13,435 bases of DNA from Oligoflexales bacterium. Its GTDB lineage: Bacteria; Bdellovibrionota_B; Oligoflexia; Oligoflexales; Bog-1112. The stretch is from positions 1-13,435 of the forward strand of contig JBGCDR010000231.1 of NCBI GenBank assembly GCA_045105515.1, given 5' to 3'. The notes beneath the pieces were generated by a model that was not told the DNA's origin, made no database searches, and was given only the letters and a program-made list of their open reading frames with translations. A program made the translations under genes and the position numbers. Each line of letters begins with the position of its first letter. Position 1 is the stretch's first letter. Below, piece by piece: positions 1 to 7,954 of this stretch.

Positions 1-172
1 GCATGGGCACCCCCAAGATCTTTTGATTTTCCGACAATTATAGCCTTTTTAGAGAAACTGGGGAAATTCGCTAAAGATTATAGTGCTCTAAGCCTTACAT
101 ACAAAGGCGGCGGTGTGTTTCCAATCAGGCACTATATACTACTCAACATTTCGCATATTGGAGTTTTTCCCG

Positions 173-643
173 ATGCAACATCGTATCATCCTATTTTGCC
201 TTTTTATCTTAAGTTCTTCATCATTTGCTTCTAGTGAAAATAACCAATTAAAGCAAATACGGGATAGCTTAAGAGTTGATTTATGTTCAAGTATCAGCAA
301 TATATACGTCAACTTCTTTGATACCTACACTGACTTTATAACTCATCCTGACTATAATATTACAGATGTATTGTTTAACGAAAACATGCGAAACCACCCT
401 GGAAACAAATTGCTTTTAGAGTTAATTTATCGAATTCAATCTCGCTTCCACAGGTATTGTGAAATACATCTTTATAAAGTTCCCAATTGTATTTACTGCG
501 TACTCAAATCATCAGGTTCAGAGTTTAAAGAGTTTAATAATAACTCTAAAAAGTGGATTACTGTCTCCCAAGAGCGTGCTGAAGAGTTGATAGGATTTTA
601 CTTTGTAAAGTTTTTTACTTTTTTTGAAGTACCTTCTAAGTAA
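173..643 (+). CDS. Hypothetical exported protein (156 aa)
   Basis: The ORF track gives 113..643 (GTG start), but the ATG at 173 has GGAG at 160-163 upstream and opens a classic Sec signal peptide (MQHRIILFCLFILSSSSFA|SS). I recognise no family. Confidence 0.7.
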   Translation: MQHRIILFCLFILSSSSFASSENNQLKQIRDSLRVDLCSSISNIYVNFFDTYTDFITHPDYNITDVLFNENMRNHPGNKLLLELIYRIQSRFHRYCEIHLYKVPNCIYCVLKSSGSEFKEFNNNSKKWITVSQERAEELIGFYFVKFFTFFEVPSK

Positions 644-811
644 ATCTTCTCAATCCATACATTTCATGAGTCTATTCTACCCTATTTAACCAGTACAATG
701 TTTCTTTCTCAGTCATTGATTATTTTAGAGGCTTGGAAGTTTGTAAAAGCAGCAAAGACTTCCGATGCTGACTCTGGATCAACCCCATTCTTCTAAAAAA
801 CATACTTTTAC

Positions 812-1297
812 TTAGAAATTATTAAGTGTTGGCTCCCCAGTGGTACCAAAGCCGATTGCCAGATTGACATCTTCACCCTTATTTGCATAAAGATCTAGTT
901 CTCCTGAGTTAGAGGTTGGTGTTCCAAAGGTGGAACCGTTCCTATATTCCGTAAAAGATACGGTATAGGAATGCACTCCAGCTTCGATGTTTTCTATGAT
1001 GGTTCCTGACTCCACAAAAGTGAAACCATCAGTCCCAGGACCAGCACTGGCAGCGGCAGAGCTAATCGAACCATCTACCTGCGCAACACCATTGTAGTAA
1101 TACATACATGCTGTTTCAGTGGATGTAAGCACAATACATGCCCAATTTACACTAGTTACCGCGGAATCTGTGCTTGCACTTTGTAAGCCAGAATATAGAT
1201 CAAGTCGGATATTGACTTTTCCAAGACTTTCTTCCTCTTCTTCGCCACAGCTATGCATTAAAAAGCTTAATGAAAGTATAAAAATAAGTCTTAGCAT
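812..1297 (-). CDS. Putative lipoprotein (161 aa), beta-rich, unknown function
   Basis: N-terminus MLRLIFILSLSFLMHS-C: basic residue, hydrophobic core and lipobox-like Cys17, followed by an acidic tether (GEEEEES). RBS-like AGGGG lies about 10 nt upstream on the minus strand. The mature part is Ser/Thr/Gly-rich with a Cys pair. Confidence 0.8.
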   Translation of the reverse strand: MLRLIFILSLSFLMHSCGEEEEESLGKVNIRLDLYSGLQSASTDSAVTSVNWACIVLTSTETACMYYYNGVAQVDGSISSAAASAGPGTDGFTFVESGTIIENIEAGVHSYTVSFTEYRNGSTFGTPTSNSGELDLYANKGEDVNLAIGFGTTGEPTLNNF

Positions 1298-1468
1298 GAT
1301 TTAGATTCCCCTAATCTTGCTGATGATAGATTTTTGTCTCTTTTGATATTTTAGTTGAAATCATACTATCAAGGAAATGAGACTTTTCCGCGATGCTAAT
1401 TGAAGATTTGTTGTAAGTTAACTCAACCGAAGTGAAGGGATTTTTCGTGATGATTACCGTTTGTACTC

Positions 1469-3346
1469 TTATTTAATAGAGTTTATGATAGTTTTCTTGA
1501 AATGCGCGAATTTTTCACCAAAAAGCTCAAAATCCACGATTACTCCTCGGTGAAATTTTCTCACAAAATTTTGTAGAACAAAACGATTGTGGGTAATAGT
1601 TTTGCCCAGTTTCGAATAATTTACTACAAATGATTCAAATCTGTGCTCAGAAAAGTCCTTATGCATTCTTATGATTATTTCTGCAATTTCACTATAAACT
1701 AATTTGGTATTTTGGATTATCTTTTTTTCACAATTTTTTCGCGAAGCATTTTTACATAAATTTTTACTATTCTCTAAAGAAAAATAATTTCGAATCTCTT
1801 TTTTGCTAGATTTTATAAGTTTGTGATAAAGTCTTGAATTAGAACCAAGATTCATGATTTTACCGAGAAAACCTTGGCTAAACATAATGCTAAGTTCAAT
1901 GCGAACATAACCTAGTTCTTCATGAGGAAAACTAAATTTTAGCGATTCGAATCCACTTTCTCTACCTAGGCTTTCAATTTTCTTTTCTAATTTGTCACCT
2001 GTTATTTTATCAGTTTCATAGACCCATTTTTGGGTTCCGCCAAATTGATGATAAAATTGATTTTGGCCGTGTTTGAGATTTCCATTTCTTCTGTGATCCT
2101 TTAAGTTTATTTCTTCGACTCCCTCATGGTCAACATCTTCAAAATGATCAGGGAAATTAATCTCCGTACTTGGCATGCTTTTTTCATGAGTTGCGATAAA
2201 AAATTCAGTTTTTAATTTATGGTTGCTCAGACGTCCAAAAGTTGCACTTCGCTCTTCACGTAAAGCTATATTTGTCTTAATGGTATAGCCATTTTCAAGA
2301 TCCTTTTCAAATGAAGTGTTAATCACTTTGTTCTTTGATTTAGAGGCCCCATATAGAAAGGGTAAAGATAACATCTTTGAGCTTCGATTTCCGTGACTTT
2401 GGGATATACCTTCCACAAAAGTGCTTATGCCTGGATACGAATTATTACAGAGTTTTTGAACCTTTTTGAGGTTTCCTTTTAATACCTCTTTGAAGAGATT
2501 TGGGATTTCAGGTTTAGAAAAATCAAATATAAATTCAAAATACTTTTCTTTAATATGAAATTTTTCAATATCGATTTTTGAAAATGTTCCCTCAATTTCT
2601 GCACCAAAAGAATAAATTTTTTCGTTGACTAAATCGTATTTTATTTTATTCTTTCCAATTTTTTTAAGATGAACTTTCCATTCACCTAGAGCTCGATAAG
2701 CAGGTCCAACGAAGAGGAAGGGATCGTATCCTCCAAAAAAGTGAAAGCTAATTCCACCAATATGGGCAAATACCAGTTGGTCACCTACTGCCCAGTCCTG
2801 CAGTTGCTGCTTGCTAAGTGGTACCTGCAGATGATTTGTATTTTCTAGGTCGGAAAGATTTCTAATAAATCTTTCATAATATTTAGATTTTCCTCGGTGC
2901 CCCATTATAGCTACACCACTTACCAGATTGAGAACCCCTAAATGTGGGGCTAATCCAATACCGATATCAAATGCCTTTTTGCGTATAAGTCGGTAGCCTT
3001 TGTTGTCATTAGGATTACCGATTGGCAAAGGTACTGAAGAAGTTTGTTTTCCGAGTTTAACTAAACGTTTAATTTTGTCACCGTTAATTAAGATAATTGG
3101 TGACATAGAATATTCTAGACCATGGGTACCTGAGTGACCATGCATGAAAGTCAGGGATATAGTGCCATCAAATCCAATATGTATTGGGGTGTGAATATAA
3201 GGACTTTCTCTCTCAATTTCACCAATTGAATCTTTATTAATATTGTGATGGTGATGATTGGGTTTTAACTTTCCAAACGAATATGTGCTGTGTAATGTCA
3301 TTAGGCACAAAGTGACTTTAGTGGTATAGATTAGTTTAGTTGACAT
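1469..3346 (-). CDS. Hypothetical exported protein (625 aa) with His-rich N-terminal region
   Basis: Long uninterrupted ORF with AAAGGGGG just upstream of the ATG. Signal-peptide-like start (MSTKLIYTTKVTLCLMTLHSTYSFG), then NHHHHN and HGHSGTHG. The segment DWAVGDQLVFAHIGGISF reminds me of uncharacterised Bdellovibrionota exported proteins (recollection, unverified). Confidence 0.8.
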   Translation of the reverse strand: MSTKLIYTTKVTLCLMTLHSTYSFGKLKPNHHHHNINKDSIGEIERESPYIHTPIHIGFDGTISLTFMHGHSGTHGLEYSMSPIILINGDKIKRLVKLGKQTSSVPLPIGNPNDNKGYRLIRKKAFDIGIGLAPHLGVLNLVSGVAIMGHRGKSKYYERFIRNLSDLENTNHLQVPLSKQQLQDWAVGDQLVFAHIGGISFHFFGGYDPFLFVGPAYRALGEWKVHLKKIGKNKIKYDLVNEKIYSFGAEIEGTFSKIDIEKFHIKEKYFEFIFDFSKPEIPNLFKEVLKGNLKKVQKLCNNSYPGISTFVEGISQSHGNRSSKMLSLPFLYGASKSKNKVINTSFEKDLENGYTIKTNIALREERSATFGRLSNHKLKTEFFIATHEKSMPSTEINFPDHFEDVDHEGVEEINLKDHRRNGNLKHGQNQFYHQFGGTQKWVYETDKITGDKLEKKIESLGRESGFESLKFSFPHEELGYVRIELSIMFSQGFLGKIMNLGSNSRLYHKLIKSSKKEIRNYFSLENSKNLCKNASRKNCEKKIIQNTKLVYSEIAEIIIRMHKDFSEHRFESFVVNYSKLGKTITHNRFVLQNFVRKFHRGVIVDFELFGEKFAHFKKTIINSIK

Positions 3347-3677
3347 AACTTCCCCCTTTGTTTAAGCATTTGAATTGATCTTCTGTATATTTGAATGGGT
3401 TTATTAGTCCTGGAAATTTGACAATAAGTAAGACAATACTATTTAGATCTAAGTATGGAAACTTATCTACATCACTTGCTGAACTAGTTCTGTATTGAGA
3501 CCATCTCATTATAATAGAAGCTGCAATAATTAGAGTTAATTTACTTCAACAAGAAAGAAAATATATTATTTATCCAATTGCCAATCTACCCGTCAAAATT
3601 ATCGAATAATTGTAAGCTTAAAATATATTTAATATAGACATGTTCTATAACTTATTATATCCAAGGCAAGACCGTTA

Positions 3678-3699
3678 ATAGAAAGATGCATCATTCTAT
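3678..3699. promoter_or_regulatory. Near-perfect 22-bp palindrome, candidate operator in the divergent promoter region
   Basis: ATAGAA-A-GATGCATC-A-TTCTAT: 10 of 11 symmetric pairs match. It ends 46 bp upstream of the ATG at 3746. Confidence 0.35.
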
Positions 3700-3745
3700 C
3701 TAAAAATTTGTAAATACTCATAAATAGTTATAGCTAGGATAAAAT

Positions 3746-6700
3746 ATGATTTCTTCTGCGCTATTGTTTTTCTTATTATTTTCAAATTTGGAGCAATCCG
3801 GTTCCCATATTTCAATTCTTGATCGGAAGCTGATTGCGCAATTAAGAGAGGGCGAAATCTCCAAAAACTCTGATACTGTTTCACCTTACTTCGAAGGAAA
3901 AGAGTTTGATGATCCGATTCCTTCAAGCATATCCTCTTTTGATCAATCAATTTGGTTTGGGCAATATGCAAATCTATTGGAATCTCCTTTCAATCAATAT
4001 GCGCACGTTTTTCTGCTTATCGACCGCTTGATAAAACTAGATAAAATTGAAACCCAAGAGCATAAAAATCGTATTCTTGAAATCCTAAAAAATAAACTTC
4101 CTGAAGATTTTTTTCTATACCTTTCTCCTTTCATAGAAGGTGTTAACGTAATAAACAATGGAAAGAAAGTTGATGAAACTTCTATTAAGGCTAAGGGTTT
4201 AGTTCCTATAAATTTGGATAGATCTCTGTTCGATGCTCGTGGGGAAAATATTCCAAATGAAGGAGTTAAACAGTTATTTGAAGAGCACCTTCGCACTAAA
4301 TGGTTAGATTTTTCAAATTCCCAATCTCGAAAAAGCTATGCCAGCATTCATTTTGAAAGTCCAAAGAAAGTATCAGCCTATGAACTTACTTCGGCAAATG
4401 ACTGTTCTGAACGTGATCCGAGAGACTGGACATTATGGGGAAAAAGCAAAGAAAATGTACAGTGGCATGCAATTGATGTTCAGAAAAACATAAGATTTGA
4501 AAATAGGCATCAGTCCCTAAGATTTTTGCTTGCGGATGAATCGGAAGATTTTACCGACATCAAGCTAGAAATTCACAGTGTGAATAATATTAGTACTGCA
4601 AATTCAGTGCAACTTTCGCGATTGCGATTTTTTGGAGGATCTGCGGATGTAGAAGTTAAAAAGTCCATCTTCGGATTAAAAGAATCATCATTCTTTCATC
4701 AATTGCCAAAAAAGTCGGTTAATTTCTTTTGGGATGTCTCTCTTTATGATAAATTAACTTCAAATCCGAAGAAAAAACTTAAGGATAGTCCAAGGCACTT
4801 TATTTTTGATGATAATTTCGACCTTGCCTCTATTAAGTTGATGATTAAATACTCCAAGAATGATTGGTCTATTGAAAAAGAGATAGAACATGTTCTTGAG
4901 GAAGGGGCAATACCTGAGCATATGGTAGAAATAGAGATTCTACCGTATTTTATTAATCTATGCGAAAATATATGGGGTTATCGCTACAGAGATAAGTTAG
5001 ATAATTTAAGGGTGATCAATCGTGATGGCAGTGACGAACCTTTTTTTCGCAAGATTTCTTCGGCAAATAAGCAAAATGAAATACACCGTTACTTTGCTGA
5101 AGTAGCTCTAAATTCTAATGACCGTTTTGAATTATTAAAATCAATTCTTAATGGTGATAAGGAGCAAATAAGCCTTTTCGATGCGATCAATATAGCCATA
5201 GATCATAAAGACAATACAGTGCCATTAATACTAAATGATGAGAATCAGAAGAAACTAAAAGATTTCTTCAATAGAATGAAAAGGCCTGAGGAAATTGCAG
5301 TTCTTTCAGCATTTTTCTTTCATTTGCCTCAAAAAGATTTAGTTTCTTATTTGGAAAATTCAATAAGAGATAAGGAAGTGATTTCTGATTTGCTCCTATG
5401 TATTAAAAGAATGCCATCTTTAGATAAAAAAAACCTACAATGGCTGTTTTCTCGAATAAATAAAGACGAATTACTTAGCTATCATGATTTAAGTTTGAAG
5501 TCTGAGCTTCTTGAAAAAGGAATTAGTGCTGATCTATTAAATAAGTACAATACGCGATATCCTGATGGGAAGAAGGATACTTTTTCAAATATCATATTTG
5601 AATACATTTCTCGCAGTGGAGATCTAGAACGGGACCCAATGCATGAATTGTATAATTTCGCTCAAGAAAATTCTAGGTTTAAGCTCCCCTTACAGATGCT
5701 ACAAGGTATGTCAGTACCTCCTATTGATCAGCGATCAATCGAGTTGTTTGCTGACTCTATCAATCAGAAGATTCTAGGCGGAGAATTCCACCAAGATGCC
5801 GTAAGTAGTATAATTGATGGTCTTTTATCCCAGGTTGATTTGTCTAGGGATATGGAATCTTTGGCGAAAATATTTGAATATCAACTTGGGTCTCTACTTC
5901 CACTGCAGGATGTGCAAAAAATTGAATGGCTTGATCAGGAACTTACTGGAGGTGTCGATATAGCGGGAATAGATCTTCCTTTTACTCACGATATCTTCGA
6001 TGAACGCTTAATACCTGATGAAACCCAATCAGACTTGATTATGACTCCTACAGCTAACAAAGTTTTGCGAAAAATTGCAGGCCATTGGTTAAGTAAGTCT
6101 CCAGCAATTTTAGAAGGTTCAACTAGTGCTGGTAAAACTAGCTATGTTCAGTATGTTGCAGGTAAAACTCGTACCCCAATGATACGAGTTAACCTATCTA
6201 AATCTACTGGTGTACAAGACCTTCTGGGAAGGTGGGTTGCTGGTTATGAACAGTATAGCTTAGAAGAATTGAGAGCTTATAGTAGTGGGCAGCTTTCTAT
6301 TATTGCCAAATGTTTAGGAACTAGTCTTAAATCGGAAAATAGTGTCGAGCAGATGGTACAAGAAATTTTTAAATGGCAGCAAAAGCCTCATTTTCAAGCT
6401 GGACCAGTTTTAATTGCAATGTTTACGGGAAGTACCATAGTTTTAGATGAAATAAATCTAGCATCTAATGCTGTTATTGAGGGTGTTCTTAATTCTTTAC
6501 TAGATTCTAAAACAGTGACAGTTGATGATCATAAAGGAGAATTAGTTGTCGCACATGCGGATACAAGAGTTTTTGCTACCATGAATCCTGCTAGCTATAT
6601 TGGAAGAAACAAACTGTCCGATGCTTTGAAGTCTCGTTGTACCGTCTTAAAAGTGGATACGCCAAATATTGAAGATATTGTTCAAATATTAAGTGAAAAA

Positions 6701-7954
6701 TATCCAGGCATTTTAGATGTACCAGAACTGCAGCAACTAGTATCAGCCCATAGTGAGTTAGCTAAAATTGCTGAACAAGGAGCAATAGGCAGAGATCTAG
6801 GACGTATTAGTTATACTCTGAGAAACCTTTTTCGAGTGGTAAACAGATTTCAGCATTTCAAAGATTCCACGAATCTATCACGGATGGAATTACTCAGAAG
6901 AGAGTTTGAAGAAGTTTACAAAAGTCCCATCTTTAATTCCCAGGAGAAAATGATTATTGAAGATGCTTTAATGTTAAATATGCCAATCGATGATGATAAT
7001 GACTTTTATGAAAATCTCGACTTTAAGATTTATCCAGAAGAGTTTGTTATAGGTGATATTAAGGTAGCTAGAAAAACAGTTAGTCAGCATGACCAGACAT
7101 CATTGCCAGAAGACTTAAACATAATTATGACTCAACGAACTAAGAAGATTTTCTATCAATTGGTAAAGGCTCTAGAATTGGGAGAAAATGTCGCTTTGGT
7201 TGGAGAGAAAGCTAGTGGAAAAACCATGTTGGCTAAATACTACTCAGCTCTAAAAGGTCAGCCATTTTTTCGCGAAACCTTTAGTCCAGATACAGATAAC
7301 CTTAAGCTCATAGGAAAATATACTCCTAATGGATTTCAATATGGACCATTGATTGAAGCAGGTCATCCAGAGCATGAGGCAGGTATTTATTTAGCTGATG
7401 AAATTAACTTAGCTCCTGATGCTATTCAAGAACGATTAAATTCACTACTTGATAGTGGGCGTTCTTTGACATTAACTGAGGGCAATGGCGATCTGATTAG
7501 ATTTCATCAAGACTTTCGCTTTGTTGCTGCTATGAATCCTCCTACCCGTAAATATGGGGGAAGGAAGAAGATGTCGCAGGCACTACAGAATAGATTAACA
7601 GTCATTTTTGTGGAGAGTCTTGAAAATGAAGAGGAATTTTTAGAAATTTTCTCAGCAATTGGTGAATCAAAGGGTATTCCTAAAAATATCGTCCAGACTC
7701 TAGTTAGTTTGCACTTTTGGGTCAAGCAGCAGATTGAAGACGGTAATATCGGTACAACTGGACCTAAAGATTCTTATGTCTTTTCTATCCGGAAAATTGA
7801 GATGGCCTTTGGTGCTCTCGTAGACCTGAGCGTAATGAAAAAAGATATCCAACAAGCATTTAAGTTGGTGGCAGAAATTTATTATGAATCGATGTTTGAA
7901 GGAGAAGAAGACCGACAGATAGTTCGTGAGTTTGCTCAGGAGTCATGTCAATGA
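3746..7954 (+). CDS. Midasin/MoxR-like tandem AAA+ ATPase (two AAA_5-type modules) with N-terminal F5/8-type-C (discoidin)-like domain
   Basis: AAA1: Walker A GSTSAGKT (6116-6139), Walker B IVLDE-INLA, sensor-1 ATMNP, GRNKLSDALKSR, sensor-2-like YTLRNL. AAA2: Walker A GEKASGKT (7202-7225), YLADE-INLA, AAMNP, GGRKKMSQALQNR, FSIRKI. Discoidin-like motif TKWLDF...YELTSANDCSERDPRDWTLWG...VQL at about 4220-4635. AGGA lies upstream of the ATG. Confidence 0.9.
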   Translation: MISSALLFFLLFSNLEQSGSHISILDRKLIAQLREGEISKNSDTVSPYFEGKEFDDPIPSSISSFDQSIWFGQYANLLESPFNQYAHVFLLIDRLIKLDKIETQEHKNRILEILKNKLPEDFFLYLSPFIEGVNVINNGKKVDETSIKAKGLVPINLDRSLFDARGENIPNEGVKQLFEEHLRTKWLDFSNSQSRKSYASIHFESPKKVSAYELTSANDCSERDPRDWTLWGKSKENVQWHAIDVQKNIRFENRHQSLRFLLADESEDFTDIKLEIHSVNNISTANSVQLSRLRFFGGSADVEVKKSIFGLKESSFFHQLPKKSVNFFWDVSLYDKLTSNPKKKLKDSPRHFIFDDNFDLASIKLMIKYSKNDWSIEKEIEHVLEEGAIPEHMVEIEILPYFINLCENIWGYRYRDKLDNLRVINRDGSDEPFFRKISSANKQNEIHRYFAEVALNSNDRFELLKSILNGDKEQISLFDAINIAIDHKDNTVPLILNDENQKKLKDFFNRMKRPEEIAVLSAFFFHLPQKDLVSYLENSIRDKEVISDLLLCIKRMPSLDKKNLQWLFSRINKDELLSYHDLSLKSELLEKGISADLLNKYNTRYPDGKKDTFSNIIFEYISRSGDLERDPMHELYNFAQENSRFKLPLQMLQGMSVPPIDQRSIELFADSINQKILGGEFHQDAVSSIIDGLLSQVDLSRDMESLAKIFEYQLGSLLPLQDVQKIEWLDQELTGGVDIAGIDLPFTHDIFDERLIPDETQSDLIMTPTANKVLRKIAGHWLSKSPAILEGSTSAGKTSYVQYVAGKTRTPMIRVNLSKSTGVQDLLGRWVAGYEQYSLEELRAYSSGQLSIIAKCLGTSLKSENSVEQMVQEIFKWQQKPHFQAGPVLIAMFTGSTIVLDEINLASNAVIEGVLNSLLDSKTVTVDDHKGELVVAHADTRVFATMNPASYIGRNKLSDALKSRCTVLKVDTPNIEDIVQILSEKYPGILDVPELQQLVSAHSELAKIAEQGAIGRDLGRISYTLRNLFRVVNRFQHFKDSTNLSRMELLRREFEEVYKSPIFNSQEKMIIEDALMLNMPIDDDNDFYENLDFKIYPEEFVIGDIKVARKTVSQHDQTSLPEDLNIIMTQRTKKIFYQLVKALELGENVALVGEKASGKTMLAKYYSALKGQPFFRETFSPDTDNLKLIGKYTPNGFQYGPLIEAGHPEHEAGIYLADEINLAPDAIQERLNSLLDSGRSLTLTEGNGDLIRFHQDFRFVAAMNPPTRKYGGRKKMSQALQNRLTVIFVESLENEEEFLEIFSAIGESKGIPKNIVQTLVSLHFWVKQQIEDGNIGTTGPKDSYVFSIRKIEMAFGALVDLSVMKKDIQQAFKLVAEIYYESMFEGEEDRQIVREFAQESCQ

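Noticed and set aside
1..14. Possible start of a minus-strand gene (GGGGG-TGCCC-ATG at 4..2) running off the window
   Set aside because: Only one codon is visible, so it cannot be supported.
3347..3745. Sigma70 promoter calls (e.g. TTGACA at 3418-3423)
   Set aside because: I found no correctly spaced -10 element, and AT-rich DNA gives many chance matches.
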